64,000 bases of DNA from Polyangiaceae bacterium (GTDB lineage: Bacteria > Myxococcota_A > Polyangia > Polyangiales > Polyangiaceae): positions 30,642-94,641 of the forward strand of contig JAICUB010000015.1 in assembly GCA_025936045.1 (NCBI GenBank), given 5' to 3'. The position numbers and the translations under genes are program-made. Under the pieces are notes generated by a model, which worked only from the letters and a program-made list of their open reading frames with translations, was not told the DNA's origin and did no database searches. Positions 27,399 through 39,250 of this stretch are shown one piece after another. The first letter of the stretch is position 1, and each line of letters begins with the position of its first letter.

Positions 27399-28180
27399 AA
27401 ACCCACGCTCGCTCCTCGTCCCTGCACCGATGGTTCGCCGTCCTCGCCGTCTTGGCCGCATGTCTCGGCTTTACGCGCCGCGCATCGGCGTCGGTGGCGC
27501 TCGACGCGGCCAATCGCGCCTTCGCCGAAGGACGCTACGCAGACGCAGTCGCGCGCTATGAACGGCTCCTCGAACACGAGGGCTATTCGGCCCCGGTGCT
27601 CTTCGATCTCGGCAACGCTTACCTGCGCGACAAGCAGCCCGCCCGCGCGCTCCTCGCCTATGAGCGCGCTCGTCTGCTCGCGCCGCGCGACCCTGCGCTC
27701 GCTCGGAACCTCGTGCAAGCGGAGGCGGCAACCGGCTTCGCCGAGCCATCGAGTACGGTAACGCGCCTCGCCCGAAGCCTGACACTCGATGAGTGGACTC
27801 GACTCGGAGCCGCGACATTCTGGCTCGCTGCTTGCGCGACGGTCGGGGCGTTCGTGCTACGCCGGGGCCGCGGCTGGCTCCGGCTCGCGGCGGCGGGCGG
27901 GGCAGTCGTCGCCGGCGTTTCGCTCGCGGCGATCGCCAGCGCAAGCCGCGTCACGGACACTGGGCTCGTACTCGAGGCCGCGCCGCTGCTGGTCTCCCCG
28001 TTCGCCGGAGCGGAGAGCAGCGGCTCGCTGCGGCCCGGTGCCGAGGTGGAGCTCGAACGCACCCATGACAGCTTTGCGCTCGTGCGTGATCGCGCAGGCC
28101 ACGAGGGTTGGATCGAGCGCGGCGCCGTCGCTCCGATCGTGCCGGATGGAGCTAAATTCAGCGCATGCATTTCCTCGTGA
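27395..28180 (+). CDS. batE: BatE-like TPR + SH3 protein
   Basis: ANRAFAEGRY, LGNAY, YERARLLAPRD, two TMs, SH3-like tail GHEGWI. Confidence 0.8.
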   Translation: MKTHARSSSLHRWFAVLAVLAACLGFTRRASASVALDAANRAFAEGRYADAVARYERLLEHEGYSAPVLFDLGNAYLRDKQPARALLAYERARLLAPRDPALARNLVQAEAATGFAEPSSTVTRLARSLTLDEWTRLGAATFWLAACATVGAFVLRRGRGWLRLAAAGGAVVAGVSLAAIASASRVTDTGLVLEAAPLLVSPFAGAESSGSLRPGAEVELERTHDSFALVRDRAGHEGWIERGAVAPIVPDGAKFSACISS

Positions 28181-28842
28181 TCGAGGACGACGAGAAAATC
28201 GGCGGATTTCTCGCGCGGGGTCTCGAGCAGGAGGGGCATCAGGCAGACTGGGTCAAAAATGGCTTCGACGGGCTCGCTCATGCCCGGGACGCGCACCACG
28301 ACGCGCTCATCCTGGACCGCATGCTGCCCGGCATCGACGGGCTCGAAATCATTCGCCGGCTCCGCGCGGAAAAGCTCAACACGCCGATCCTCGTGCTCAG
28401 CGCGAGAAGCTCCGTCGAGGACCGAGTCGCCGGACTCGGGGTCGGGGCCGACGATTACCTCACCAAGCCCTTCTCGTTCGCGGAGCTCGTCGCACGCCTC
28501 AATGCGCTCGTTCGGCGCACGACCGCCGCCCCCGAACCCACGACGCGCCTCGCGTACGCGGACCTCACGCTCGACCTTTTGACGCGCCGGGCGACACGGG
28601 CGGGCCGCACGATCGATTTGCAAGCGAAGGAGTTCGCGCTGCTCGAGTATTTGATGCGAAACCCCGAGCGCGTCCTCAGCAAGACGATGATCCTCTCACG
28701 CGTGTGGGACTACGCGTTCGATCCGCAGACCAACGTGGTCGACGTTCTCGTGAGCCGCGTGCGCACGAAGGTGGACAAGGGCTTCGATAGGAAGCTCATC
28801 CATACGTTACGAGGCGTGGGCTATGTCCTCCGGAAGGATTGA
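28165..28842 (+). CDS. OmpR-family response regulator, CusR/CzcR-like
   Basis: [48 protein letters not shown]. Confidence 0.92.
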   Translation: MHFLVIEDDEKIGGFLARGLEQEGHQADWVKNGFDGLAHARDAHHDALILDRMLPGIDGLEIIRRLRAEKLNTPILVLSARSSVEDRVAGLGVGADDYLTKPFSFAELVARLNALVRRTTAAPEPTTRLAYADLTLDLLTRRATRAGRTIDLQAKEFALLEYLMRNPERVLSKTMILSRVWDYAFDPQTNVVDVLVSRVRTKVDKGFDRKLIHTLRGVGYVLRKD

Positions 28843-30142
28843 CCGCGTCCTTCGCTCGACTGGGTTCCGGCTCACCGCCTGGTACGTCGCCGTGTTCGCC
28901 GCAAGCTTCGCGCTCACGGCGGGCGTGCTCGCTTGGTTCATGAGCCACGCGGTGAGCGCGACGGCGCAGACATTGGTCGATGCCCGCCTCGCCGAATACC
29001 GTACCGAGTACGAGAGCCGCGGCATTTCCGGCCTCGCGAGCGCCGTCGCGTTGCACACCAAAGCCGGTGATCGCGACGCGGTGGCGCTCACGGACGGCAG
29101 CCGGACCCTCTACCGCTCGAGCGACGACGTCCCCGTGCCCAACCTCGCCCGCGCGCGCATCGCGGTCACGACCATCGCGAGCGATCTCGAGCTCCGGCTC
29201 GAGCACGGTAACGACGACGAGCGCGCGCTGCTCGAGCGCTTGCGCACGGCGACGCTCGTCGCACTCGGCACCGCCCTGTGCCTCGGCGTCATCGGCGGCG
29301 CGCTTCTCACACGTCGGGCGTTGCGGCCGGTTCGCCGGCTCACGACCGTCGCAGAGGGCATTCTGCGCTCGGAGTCATTCGACGCTCGCGTTCCGACACG
29401 CGGAGCCGGAGACGAGCTCGATGAGCTCGCCACCCAGTTCAATCGCGTGCTCGCGCGCAACGAAGCCTTGGTCAAGGGCATGCGCGAGTCGCTCGACAAC
29501 GTCGCGCACGATCTCCGCACGCCGCTCACGCGCTTACGCGGCGGAGCCGAGCTCGCGCTCAAAGTGCCGGAAGATCGCGAAAAGCTCGTGGAAGCGCTGG
29601 CCGACTGCGTCGACGAGTCGGATCGCGTGCTCGCCATGCTGCACACGTTGATGGACATCTCCGCAGCCGAAACGGGGGCCATGCGTCTCGACCGCGCGCG
29701 GGTAGAGCTCGACGTTCTCGCGCGTGAAGTGGTCGAGCTCTACGAGCTCGTCGCCGAGGAACGTGGCGTACGGCTCGTTTCGAGCCTCGAGCCCATTGCC
29801 GTCCAGGGCGACGCCGCGCGCCTTCGCCAGCTCCTTGCGAACCTCGTCGATAACGGCGTCAAGTACACGCGACCGGGCGGCCTGGTCGAAGTGCGCAGCC
29901 GCCGTGAGGGCGACCGAGCGCTTCTCCAGGTCAGGGACACGGGCCTCGGGATCGATCCGAAAGAGCAGCTGCGTATCTTCGACCGGCTGTACCGCGGCGA
30001 TCGCAGCCGCTCCGAAGCCGGCCTGGGCCTCGGCTTGAGCTTCGTCAGTGCCATCGCCCGTGCGCACGGCGGCACCGTCAGCGTGACGAGCGCACCGGGG
30101 GAAGGTTCCACGTTCTCCGTGTTGCTCCCGCTCGGCGAGTAG
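28823..30142 (+). CDS. HAMP-domain sensor histidine kinase
   Basis: Two TMs, [34 protein letters not shown]. Confidence 0.92.
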   Translation: MSSGRIDRVLRSTGFRLTAWYVAVFAASFALTAGVLAWFMSHAVSATAQTLVDARLAEYRTEYESRGISGLASAVALHTKAGDRDAVALTDGSRTLYRSSDDVPVPNLARARIAVTTIASDLELRLEHGNDDERALLERLRTATLVALGTALCLGVIGGALLTRRALRPVRRLTTVAEGILRSESFDARVPTRGAGDELDELATQFNRVLARNEALVKGMRESLDNVAHDLRTPLTRLRGGAELALKVPEDREKLVEALADCVDESDRVLAMLHTLMDISAAETGAMRLDRARVELDVLAREVVELYELVAEERGVRLVSSLEPIAVQGDAARLRQLLANLVDNGVKYTRPGGLVEVRSRREGDRALLQVRDTGLGIDPKEQLRIFDRLYRGDRSRSEAGLGLGLSFVSAIARAHGGTVSVTSAPGEGSTFSVLLPLGE

Positions 30143-30228
30143 CGCTCGCGAGCAGCTCTACGAGCGCTCAGGTCCGCGGGCGGCTCGAACGCTGGAGGTT
30201 CTGCGGGCAGTCGCGCAACTGCTCGATC

Positions 30229-31797
30229 GTGAACCAAGCGCTGCATCCGTCGCGAGTTCGTCGTTCCTGGGCATGGTGTGCGGCTCTGCTCGCCGCGGCC
30301 TCCGCGTGCGGTGGCTCAGACACGGTGGGCGCCGCTGGCGGCGGCTCTGGAAACACCGTCCCGGCTGGTACCGGCGGGATACCCGCAGGTGCGGGGAGCG
30401 CTGGCCTAGCAGCGGGCGGCACGAGTGGCGGGCGCGACGCGCTCGGTGGCGCGCCGCAGGCGGGGAGCACGACAACTGCGGGAGGCAGCGCCGCCGGATC
30501 GAAGGCCGTCAACCCAGACGGTGGCAGGAGCGGCGCCGCGGGCAGCGGTGGCATTCCGCAAAATGGAACGAGCGGCCGCGCTGGCAACAGCGGCGGTACG
30601 GGGACCATGATCAGCGGGGGCTCCGGTGGACAGGCGGCGCACGGCGGCGCGGGCGCAGGCGGACGCGGAGGTGCAGCGAGCGGCGGGCGCGCAGCGAGCG
30701 CAGGCACGGGCGCGGGCGGGACCGGCGACACCGCTGCCAGCGGCGGCGCTTCGGCCGGAACGGCCGGGCCGCCCGAGACCAAGCCCCTCGGCTACGGGCA
30801 AGCGACGACCGGAGGCGGCTCTGCGACGCCCGTCACGGCGGCGACGATGGCAGCGCTGCAAGCCGCGATCGACGCGTATTCCGGCTCGGGTGGGCTCGTC
30901 GTCAATTACACCGGGCACTTCGACTTCGCGACCATTCCCGACCCTTGCGTGCAGTGGCAGAAGGACGCAGAGCTCGTCGAGATCAAGCAGAAGAGCGACA
31001 TCACGATCCTCGGCGCCGACGGCTCCGCCGCGAACTTCGGCATCCACATCGCGTCGTCGTCGAGCAACATCATCGTGCGCAACATGACCTTCGGCCTCTT
31101 GCCGGGCGGTGACGGCGCGGACGCGATTTCGCTCGAGGGCATGAGCAGCGGCTTTCCGACGGACATTTGGCTCGATCACAACGAGCTCTTCAGCTCGCTC
31201 GCGGACTGCGCCGGCGCGGGGGACTCCTCCTTCGACGGCCTGATCGACATGAAGAAGGGCGTCGACCGCGTCACCGTCTCCTACAATTTCCTGCACGATC
31301 ATCATAAGGCGAGCCTCAACGGCTTTTCCGACTCTGACGCTGCCGTGCGACACGTGACGTTCCATCACAACGTGTTCGAGAACATCGGTTCCCGCACGCC
31401 GCTGCAACGTCACGGCTACAGCCACCTCCTCAACAATTACTTTTCGCACGTCGATACGTCGGCCATCAACGTGCGCATGGGCGGCTACTCACTCGTAGAA
31501 GGCAACTACTTCGAGCAAGTCCAAAACGCCGTCACCTCGCGCGACAGCGACGCGCTCGGCTTTTGGGAGCTCCGCAACAACAACGTGCGCTCGCCCGCCG
31601 ACTTCGTGACGTACGGGCTCACCTGGGTGGCAAGCACCTCGTCACCGACGCAAGACGCAACCGACTGGGTCACGACAGCGGCTTTTCCAGAAGCGCTCGG
31701 CTACGCCTGCAGCATGGACCCGCCGGAATGCCTGAAGAGCGCTCTTCAGGCGGTGGCAGGGGCCGGCAAGCAGTTGGCGACGCTCACGTGCCAGTGA
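30229..31797 (+). CDS. Pectate lyase (PL1) lipoprotein
   Basis: Lipobox ASAC, Gly linker, TTGG, NIIVRNM, WLDHNEL, DGLID, VTFHHN..SRTPLQR.G..HLLNNYF. Confidence 0.9.
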   Translation: MNQALHPSRVRRSWAWCAALLAAASACGGSDTVGAAGGGSGNTVPAGTGGIPAGAGSAGLAAGGTSGGRDALGGAPQAGSTTTAGGSAAGSKAVNPDGGRSGAAGSGGIPQNGTSGRAGNSGGTGTMISGGSGGQAAHGGAGAGGRGGAASGGRAASAGTGAGGTGDTAASGGASAGTAGPPETKPLGYGQATTGGGSATPVTAATMAALQAAIDAYSGSGGLVVNYTGHFDFATIPDPCVQWQKDAELVEIKQKSDITILGADGSAANFGIHIASSSSNIIVRNMTFGLLPGGDGADAISLEGMSSGFPTDIWLDHNELFSSLADCAGAGDSSFDGLIDMKKGVDRVTVSYNFLHDHHKASLNGFSDSDAAVRHVTFHHNVFENIGSRTPLQRHGYSHLLNNYFSHVDTSAINVRMGGYSLVEGNYFEQVQNAVTSRDSDALGFWELRNNNVRSPADFVTYGLTWVASTSSPTQDATDWVTTAAFPEALGYACSMDPPECLKSALQAVAGAGKQLATLTCQ

Positions 31798-32101
31798 TCG
31801 ACTCGCCAGCCGTGCAGGCAGCGCGTCGTTCGAGCGGTCGCCCGGACGACTCGTCCACGCTTCGCGCGACCGGCAGTGGCTCCGAAGCAGCGCGACGCGA
31901 GCAGAATTTTTGGCTAGCGCGCTCACCCCGGCGTCAAACGTGCTCATTCGTTGCGCGTTGAGCTCATTTTTATGACCGCACCGGATTATCTCGCGGGGTG
32001 GCCAACCGCCCGTTTGCTGGCTACAACCTCTACTAATCCCATCGCGCCGGTCGGTTTACTCCAAATCGCTCGCTCGCGACCTCACAGGCACACTGAAATC
32101 A

Positions 32102-33001
32102 ATGTCCCTCACTCATCTCGAACTCCTCGAAGCCGAGGCCATTCAAATCATGCGCGAGGTCGTCGCCGAGACCGAGAAGCCGGTGATGCTCTACTCGATC
32201 GGCAAGGACAGCGGAGCGATGCTCCACCTCGCGAAGAAGGCGTTCTACCCCGCGCCGCCGCCCTTCCCGCTGCTGCACGTCGATACGACCTTCAAGTTTC
32301 GCGACATGTACACGATGCGTGATCGCATGGCCGCCGAGAGCGGGATGGAGCTCTTGGTTCACAAGAACCCCGACGCGATTGCGAGGAACATCAATCCGTT
32401 CACGCACGGCTCCCAGGTTCACACCGACACCTGGAAGACCGAGGGGCTCAAGCAAGCGCTCGACAAGTACGGCTTCGACGCCGCCTTCGGCGGTGCACGC
32501 CGCGACGAAGAGAAGTCGCGCGCGAAGGAGCGCGTGTTCTCGTTTCGCAGCGCACAGCACCGCTGGGATCCGAAAAATCAGCGCCCCGAGCTCTGGCGCC
32601 TCTACAACACGCGCAAGCAAAAGGGCGAGTCGATCCGCGTCTTCCCGCTCTCGAATTGGACCGAGATGGACGTGTGGCAGTACATCTATCTCGAGGGCAT
32701 ACCGATCGTGCCGCTCTACTACGCGGCCGAGCGCCCCATCGTGGAGCGCGACGGCGCGCTCATCATGGTCGACGACGACCGCTTGCCGCTCAAGCCCGGT
32801 GAGAAGCCGCAGCAGCGCATGGTGCGCTTCCGCACGCTCGGTTGCTATCCGCTCACTGGCGCCGTCGAATCCACGGCGACGACGCTGCCCGCGATCATCC
32901 GCGAGATGCAGGCGAGCGAAGTTTCCGAACGCCAAGGTCGCGTGATCGACTACGACTCACCCTCCTCGATGGAGCAGAAGAAGCAGGAGGGTTATTTCTG
33001 A
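32102..33001 (+). CDS. cysD: Sulfate adenylyltransferase subunit 2
   Basis: [41 protein letters not shown]. Confidence 0.97.
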   Translation: MSLTHLELLEAEAIQIMREVVAETEKPVMLYSIGKDSGAMLHLAKKAFYPAPPPFPLLHVDTTFKFRDMYTMRDRMAAESGMELLVHKNPDAIARNINPFTHGSQVHTDTWKTEGLKQALDKYGFDAAFGGARRDEEKSRAKERVFSFRSAQHRWDPKNQRPELWRLYNTRKQKGESIRVFPLSNWTEMDVWQYIYLEGIPIVPLYYAAERPIVERDGALIMVDDDRLPLKPGEKPQQRMVRFRTLGCYPLTGAVESTATTLPAIIREMQASEVSERQGRVIDYDSPSSMEQKKQEGYF

Positions 33002-34905
33002 TGCGCCCCAATGCACAAATCGACACGGCGATCGACGCGGACCTCCGCGTAGCGAAGAGCCTGCTGCGTTTCAACACCTGCGGCAGCGTCGACGACGGCA
33101 AGAGCACGCTCATCGGCCGCATGCTGTTCGAGTCGGGCGTGATCCCGAAGGATCAGCTCGCGGCGCTCGAAGCCGACTCCAAGCGCGTCGGCACGCGCCC
33201 CGGCGAGCTCGATTACGCGCTTCTGCTCGACGGCCTTTCCGCCGAGCGCGAGCAGGGCATCACGATCGACGTGTCCTACCGTTTCTTCGCCACGGACAAG
33301 CGCAAGTTCATCGTCGCCGACACGCCGGGGCACGAGCAGTACACGCGCAACATGGTGACGGGGGCCTCGACCGCCGACCTCAGCATCATCTTGATCGACG
33401 CGCGCAAGGGCGTACTCACGCAGACCCGCCGCCACAGCTACCTCGTGTGGCTGCTCGGCATCCGCCACGTGGTGCTGGTCGTGAACAAGATGGACCTCGT
33501 CGACTACTCGAACGACGTGTTCGCGAAGATCGAGGCCGACTACCGCGCGTTCGCCGAACAGCTCGGCTTCGACGAGATCACGTGCATCCCCGTCTCCGCC
33601 GTCCGCGGCGACAACATCATGAAGCACTCGACGGCCACGCCTTGGTATCAGGGTGCGACGCTGATGGGCTTGCTCAACGAGGTACAGGTCGATCATTCGC
33701 GCCTGCGGAACGACCCGCTGCGTATGCCCGTGCAATGGGTGAACCGCCCGAACCTCGATTTCCGCGGCTTCGCGGGGACGATCGTGGCCGGCACGGTCAA
33801 GCCGGGGGACATGGTGCGCGTCCAGCCGTCGAACAAGACGACGAAGGTGTCGCGCATCGTGAGCTTCGACGGCGACTTGCCGTCGGCGACGGTCGGACAA
33901 TCGATCACGCTGACGCTCGCCGACGAGGTCGACGTCTCGCGAGGCGACTTGATCGTCACGGCGGATTCGCCGGCCGAAATCGCGAACCAGTTCGAGGCGA
34001 CGGTCGTCTGGATGAACGAAGGGCCGTTGCTTCGCGGCCGGACCTATCTCTTGAAGATCGGCACGAAGACGGTCACGGCGACCGTCGGCGCGATCAAAAA
34101 CAAGATCAACGTCAACAACCTCGAGCAAGTTCCCGCCCCGACCCTCGGGTTGAACGAGATCGGCGTCTGTAACCTCGAGCTCGATCGGCCCATCGCTTTC
34201 GACGCGTACAAGGTGAACCGCGATACCGGCGGCTTCATCCTGATCGATCGCATGACGAACGATACGGTCGGCGCGGGCATGCTGCACTTCGCGCTGCGCC
34301 GCGCGCAGAACGTGCATTGGCAAGCGCTCGACGTGAACAAGCAGGCGCGCGCCGCGATCAAGGGGCAGAAGCCGTGCTTGCTCTGGTACACGGGCCTCTC
34401 CGGTGCCGGCAAGTCGACCATCGCGAACCTCGTCGACAAGAAGCTCCACAGCATGAACCGCCACACGTACCTGCTCGACGGGGACAACGTGCGGCACGGC
34501 TTGAACAAGGACCTCGGGTTTACCGCGGCCGATCGCGTCGAGAACATCCGCCGCATTGCCGAGGTGGCAAGGCTCATGGTCGACGCGGGGCTCATCGTGA
34601 GCACGGCGTTCATCTCGCCGTTCCGCGCCGAGCGCGAGATGGCACGCTACCTGCTCCCGCCGGGCGAGTTCATCGAGATCTTCGTGGATACACCGCTGTC
34701 CGTCGCCGAGCAGCGCGACCCGAAGGGCCTCTACAAGAAGGCGCGCCGGGGCGAGCTCAAGAACTTCACCGGCATCGACTCCCCGTACGAAACGCCGGAG
34801 AAGCCCGAGCTACGCATCGACACGACCCTGCTGTCGCCGGAGGCCGCGGCCGAGCGCGTCGTCGCGTTCTTGCAAGCGCGCGGAGCGCTCGAAGGTCCGG
34901 CGTGA
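33001..34905 (+). CDS. cysNC: Bifunctional sulfate adenylyltransferase subunit 1 / APS kinase
   Basis: TGATG coupling with cysD; [28 protein letters not shown]; kinase [27 protein letters not shown]. Confidence 0.97.
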   Translation: MRPNAQIDTAIDADLRVAKSLLRFNTCGSVDDGKSTLIGRMLFESGVIPKDQLAALEADSKRVGTRPGELDYALLLDGLSAEREQGITIDVSYRFFATDKRKFIVADTPGHEQYTRNMVTGASTADLSIILIDARKGVLTQTRRHSYLVWLLGIRHVVLVVNKMDLVDYSNDVFAKIEADYRAFAEQLGFDEITCIPVSAVRGDNIMKHSTATPWYQGATLMGLLNEVQVDHSRLRNDPLRMPVQWVNRPNLDFRGFAGTIVAGTVKPGDMVRVQPSNKTTKVSRIVSFDGDLPSATVGQSITLTLADEVDVSRGDLIVTADSPAEIANQFEATVVWMNEGPLLRGRTYLLKIGTKTVTATVGAIKNKINVNNLEQVPAPTLGLNEIGVCNLELDRPIAFDAYKVNRDTGGFILIDRMTNDTVGAGMLHFALRRAQNVHWQALDVNKQARAAIKGQKPCLLWYTGLSGAGKSTIANLVDKKLHSMNRHTYLLDGDNVRHGLNKDLGFTAADRVENIRRIAEVARLMVDAGLIVSTAFISPFRAEREMARYLLPPGEFIEIFVDTPLSVAEQRDPKGLYKKARRGELKNFTGIDSPYETPEKPELRIDTTLLSPEAAAERVVAFLQARGALEGPA

Positions 34906-35867
34906 CGCTGTTTTACGCGTTCAACGGCGACGCGGACGGACTCTGCGCCCTCCAGCAGCTCCGGCTCGAAGACCCGCGGACGAGCACGCTCGTCACGGGC
35001 GTGAAGCGGGACATCGAGCTCGTCGCACGCGTCCCGGCGAAGGCCGGTGACGAGTGCGTCGTGCTCGACGTGTCGCTCGACGTGAATCGCGCCGGGCTCT
35101 TGGCCGTGCTCGCGGCGGGCGCCAAGGTTCGGTACTTCGACCACCATCACGCGGGCGAAGTGCCGAACGACCCCGGCCTCGAGCCGCACCTCGACCCGAG
35201 CCCGACGGTGTGCACGAGCCTGCTCGTCGATCGGTATCTCGGCGGGCGGCGGAGGCTCTGGGCCGTCGTCGGGACGTTCGGCGACAGCCTGACGGAGGAA
35301 GGCTCCGCGCTCGCTCGCGAGGCCGGGCTCTCCGACGCCGACGCGCGGTCGCTCAAGGATCTCGGCGTGTGCATCAACTACAACGCTTACGGCGAGACCG
35401 TCGCGGATCTGCACGTACCGCCCATGGCGCTCGCGGAGGAGCTGCGCCCGTTCGAGGATCCGCGGGAGTTCGCGCTCAAGTCCGCCACGTTCCAGCGCCT
35501 CCACGACGGCTATCGACACGACATGCAGCTCGCCGCGACCCTCGCGCCGGAGCGCTCCGCGCCGGGCGCCGTGCTCTTCATGCTGCCGGACGAAGCGTGG
35601 GCGCGCCGCGCGAGCGGCACCCTCGCGAACGATCTCGCGAAGGCGCACGCGGGCAGCGCCGTGGCGATCGTATCGCCGAAGGCACAGGGCGGCTTCCTCG
35701 TCAGCTTGCGCGTCCCCAAGGAGTCGAGCGTCTCGGCCGAGTCGTTCGCGCGTCGCTTTCCGACGGGCGGCGGACGGCGCACGGCCGCGGGGATCAATCA
35801 CTTGCCGGCGCCGGAATTCGAAGCGTTCGCGACGGACTTCACGCGCGAGTTCAGGGCACAGCCGTAG
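34902..35867 (+). CDS. DHH-family phosphoesterase (candidate PAP phosphatase)
   Basis: GTGA overlap with cysNC; FNGDADG, VLDV, YFDHH, C-terminal VSLR..GGGR..AAG. Confidence 0.75.
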   Translation: MTLFYAFNGDADGLCALQQLRLEDPRTSTLVTGVKRDIELVARVPAKAGDECVVLDVSLDVNRAGLLAVLAAGAKVRYFDHHHAGEVPNDPGLEPHLDPSPTVCTSLLVDRYLGGRRRLWAVVGTFGDSLTEEGSALAREAGLSDADARSLKDLGVCINYNAYGETVADLHVPPMALAEELRPFEDPREFALKSATFQRLHDGYRHDMQLAATLAPERSAPGAVLFMLPDEAWARRASGTLANDLAKAHAGSAVAIVSPKAQGGFLVSLRVPKESSVSAESFARRFPTGGGRRTAAGINHLPAPEFEAFATDFTREFRAQP

Positions 35868-35928
35868 TCGCGGCTGCACAGGGAAACCGCCGCCGCCTAG
35901 CCGGACGGGTCGTATTCTAACGCGCCAT

Positions 35929-35951
35929 AAATCTAGCATTTTACTAGACTT
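35929..35951. promoter_or_regulatory. 7-9-7 imperfect palindrome (Rrf2-like operator) upstream of cysH
   Basis: AAATCTA-GCATTTTAC-TAGACTT in an AT-rich intergenic patch. Confidence 0.65.
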
Positions 35952-36035
35952 TTATTCTGAGTAATTTCAAATAGTTGCTCAATAACTTGATAAGTTTGGT
36001 TGACAACCTGGGCGGGTCGCCGCAGCTTCTTAGGC

Positions 36036-36794
36036 ATGGCTTCATTGAAGCTCGTCGACTCTGCAGCTCCTGAAATCGATCTGGACGCGCTGAACGCCCG
36101 CTTGGCTGACGCTCCCGCGAAGGCGGTGCTCGAATGGGCGCGCGAGGAGTTCGGCGATCGGCTGATCCTGAGCTCGAGCTTCGGGGCCGAATCCGCGGTG
36201 ATGTTGCACCTCGCCAACGAGGTGATCCCGGGCGTCCCGGTCGTCTTTCTCGATACGGGGTACCTCTTCCCCGAGACGTATCAGTTCGCCGAGGAGCTCA
36301 CCGAACGGCTGAACCTGAACCTTCGCGTCTATAACCCCAAGCTGACCGCAGCACGGCAAGAAGCGCTCTACGGCAAGCTGTGGGAAGGCGACGAGCAGGA
36401 CCTCGCTCGCTACAACGAGCTCAACAAGGTCGAGCCCATGGATCGCGCGCTCCGCGAGCTCGGCGCCCGCGCATGGATCGCTGGGCTACGCGGCAACCAG
36501 AATTCGTTTCGCTCGGGCTTACGCCCGGTCGAGCTCCAAGCCGGCATCTACAAGGTGCACCCCATTCTCGGCTGGGACCGTGAGAAAATTCACCACTACC
36601 TCCGTAGCAACGATCTCCCGTATCACCCGCTCTATCGCCGCGGGTACCGCTCGATCGGTGACGTGCACTCGACGCGGCCGGTCGAGGAGGGCGAGGACGC
36701 GCGCTCGGGCCGGCGGCTCGGCGTGCACAGCGAGTGCGGCTTGCACCTGCCACGGCTGAGCTCCGAGGAGAGCCTCAAATCGAGCGGGCTCTGA
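36036..36794 (+). CDS. cysH: PAPS reductase (Fe-S-free type)
   Basis: SSSFG, LDTGYLFPETY, NKVEP lacking the CC pair, GYRSIGD, ECGLH. Confidence 0.93.
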   Translation: MASLKLVDSAAPEIDLDALNARLADAPAKAVLEWAREEFGDRLILSSSFGAESAVMLHLANEVIPGVPVVFLDTGYLFPETYQFAEELTERLNLNLRVYNPKLTAARQEALYGKLWEGDEQDLARYNELNKVEPMDRALRELGARAWIAGLRGNQNSFRSGLRPVELQAGIYKVHPILGWDREKIHHYLRSNDLPYHPLYRRGYRSIGDVHSTRPVEEGEDARSGRRLGVHSECGLHLPRLSSEESLKSSGL

Positions 36795-36999
36795 CCCGGT
36801 GTCTCACCGCGCCCCGTCCCGGCGCGCTCGCCTCTGACTGAGATTTCGCAGCGCGGCTGCCACGCGGCGCCCGCTCGATTCCATCGACTAAGCACGAGCC
36901 ACGCGACGACGGCGTGATACGGTCCCGGCACCTCGCTCGCTCTTCCATCTCCATGGGATTTGGAGACTCGAGAAGACGGCCTCCGGATACTGGAACGTC

Positions 37000-38139
37000 A
37001 TGAACAGCGTGCTCTCACGAATGGGTCGGATCTACGGGGTGCTTCGCAAGACGCACCACGTCTACGTGGTCCCGCTTTTTGTCGCCGTGCTCTTCGGGTT
37101 TCTCCGGACGCTCGTGGCGGTGAGCATGGCGCTCGATCACGTCTTTTTCCCGCGGTTGAACCGCACGAAGGCCACTCGCCCCATCGTGCTGGTCGGTAAC
37201 CCGCGCACCGGAACCACGTTCCTGCAGCGCTTCCTCTCCGACAACGGCTTCGGCGCCGGCATGGAGCTCTTCTTGATGCTCTATCCGTCGCTGCTCTTGC
37301 AGAAGATGCTGAGCCCCGTCCTTCCGCTCTTGGAGAAGCTCTCGCCCGCGAAGTTCCATTCCACTGAGGCGCACCAAACGAGCCTGAGCTCGGTGGAGAC
37401 GGACGACGTCGGAGTGCTGTTCCGCTACCTCGACGGCTTCTTTCTCTACGGCTTCTTCCTCTCATTCGAAGAGCGGGACGCGCTACGGCAGTTCGACCCG
37501 CGCGTGCGCGACACGTCCGCGCGCGACTACGGCTGGCTCGACGCGCTCTGGCGCCGCAGCCTCGTGCTGCATGGGGCCGAGCGCAACATCGCCAAGTTGT
37601 TCTCGGTGTCGGTGCGCATCCCCTCCTTCCTCGAGCGCTTTCCCGAAGCGCAGATCCTCTACATGGCGCGCGATCCGCTCTCGATCATCCCGAGCGCTAA
37701 CAGCCTCGTCATCGGCGTGCTGGACCGCGCGTTCGGCTTCTGGAGCCTGCCGGAAGACGTGAAGAAGCGCTGGCTCGACCGCATGTACCAGGCTTGGATC
37801 CTCCTCTTGCAGAAGTTCCACGAGGATTGGACGACCGGCGCCATCGACAAGAGCCGCGTCTACGTCGTGCGCTACGACCGCATGATGCTCGACCTCGAGA
37901 ACGTGATGGCCGAGATCTGTACCTTCCTCGGCAAAGAGCTGACGCCCGAGCTCAAGGCGACCGTGCAGAAGCAAGCCGACAAGCAGCGCGCCTACGAGTC
38001 CGAGCACAAGTACAACCTCGCAAAGTACGGCCTGACGGAAGAGCAGATCCGGAAAGACTGCGCCTTCTTCTACGATACGTTCTTGCCGCCCTGGGCTCCG
38101 CCCGGTTCGAACGGCGATTCGCTCAAGAAGTCGGCGTAG
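37000..38139 (+). CDS. PAPS-dependent sulfotransferase with hydrophobic N-terminus
   Basis: 5'-PSB loop IVLVGNPRTGTT, FPEAQILYMARDP...S (3'-PB), VRYD, H.YNL..YG. Confidence 0.9.
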   Translation: MNSVLSRMGRIYGVLRKTHHVYVVPLFVAVLFGFLRTLVAVSMALDHVFFPRLNRTKATRPIVLVGNPRTGTTFLQRFLSDNGFGAGMELFLMLYPSLLLQKMLSPVLPLLEKLSPAKFHSTEAHQTSLSSVETDDVGVLFRYLDGFFLYGFFLSFEERDALRQFDPRVRDTSARDYGWLDALWRRSLVLHGAERNIAKLFSVSVRIPSFLERFPEAQILYMARDPLSIIPSANSLVIGVLDRAFGFWSLPEDVKKRWLDRMYQAWILLLQKFHEDWTTGAIDKSRVYVVRYDRMMLDLENVMAEICTFLGKELTPELKATVQKQADKQRAYESEHKYNLAKYGLTEEQIRKDCAFFYDTFLPPWAPPGSNGDSLKKSA

Positions 38140-38230
38140 TCGAAGCGCGTCAGCGACTACAAAAGCGAAAGCGGCGCAACGCTCCCTTCTCGAGAGCGCG
38201 CGCCGCTGACGAACGGCGACTGAGCTTGGC

Positions 38231-39064
38231 TCAGGGCCGCTCGAGGTACCGAGTCGTGAAGTAGTCGTCCTTCGTGTCGGGAGCGAGGGCGATTTTCTCC
38301 GACTTGAAGATCGACTTGCGGCCGTTTTGCTTGTTCACCATTTCCATGGTGAGGGGGCGGTAGCGCTTGTTCTTCGGGTCGAGGAGCTTCACGTCGCTCG
38401 TGTTGAGCTCCTTCAAGAGCTTGCCGCCCAGGTCGAAGAACTGCGTGCGGCGCACGGTGTAAGTGGCCTTGCTGATCCACACCGTCTTCTTCGAGTAACC
38501 CTCGCCCTCGCCGGTCGCCTTGTCCTTCGGCATCACGTCGATGACGAAGCAGGGCTCGCCGCCCGCGTTCTCTTCCTTCACGAGGTTGTAGGTGTACTCG
38601 TCGAGCGACGGCACGCCGAGGTCGCCGAAGGAGAACTCACTGCCGAGGAACGCCTGGTTGCGCTGCGAGCTCACGATGCGGCGCGTCTTGCGCAGGGCCG
38701 GGAGGAAGATCCACGTGTCGTCGGGCTTCGCGTCGTAGTCGAACATCAAGACGCCGGTGCCCTTCACGTCGGCGGGCGCCGTAAAGCGCACGATGCGCTT
38801 TTCCGTCTTGCCGCCGTCGAAGAGCTTGGTCGCCATCGTCATCTCGCGTTCGCGAGTGGAGCCCTTGTCGTCGCTCATGATCATCTTCACGACGGCTTCC
38901 GACCCGTCGAGCTTTCGGGCCTGGAGCGACTTATCCATGATGTCTCGCGGTGACGGGCCGGCCGACGCATCGCCTCCGCCCATCAAGAACCCGAGGCCCA
39001 TGGCGGCGGCCAATCCCAAGCTAGCGATGCTCTTCCTCACGCGACGATCCATCATCTTCGACAT
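38231..39064 (-). CDS. LolA-like outer-membrane lipoprotein-sorting family protein
   Basis: RFTAPADVKGTGVL, DDTWIFLPALRKTRRI, FLGSEFSFGD, FTTRYL. Confidence 0.88.
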   Translation of the reverse strand: MSKMMDRRVRKSIASLGLAAAMGLGFLMGGGDASAGPSPRDIMDKSLQARKLDGSEAVVKMIMSDDKGSTREREMTMATKLFDGGKTEKRIVRFTAPADVKGTGVLMFDYDAKPDDTWIFLPALRKTRRIVSSQRNQAFLGSEFSFGDLGVPSLDEYTYNLVKEENAGGEPCFVIDVMPKDKATGEGEGYSKKTVWISKATYTVRRTQFFDLGGKLLKELNTSDVKLLDPKNKRYRPLTMEMVNKQNGRKSIFKSEKIALAPDTKDDYFTTRYLERP

Positions 39065-39250
39065 CTCCGGTTCTGTGGGTTCTACGCTCGACCTTGGACG
39101 AAAATGCCCGCTCGAATCTTCAGAGATTTAGCCGGCGTTTCGTTACGCTCGAGTACCACGGCGTTCGACCGCGGGCACCCGAAGCAAGCTCGAAAAAGCA
39201 GCCCGCCACGCGGGGCTTGACCGGTTGAGACGGCGCCGAGGCGCTGCGCC

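Noticed and set aside
36036-36794. cysH as an APS reductase
   Set aside because: It lacks the CC and CxxC Fe-S ligands, and an APS kinase is present, so PAPS reductase fits better.
36884-36890. TCGACTA upstream of the sulfotransferase as a fourth operator
   Set aside because: Only a degenerate half-site, with no partner at 9-bp spacing.
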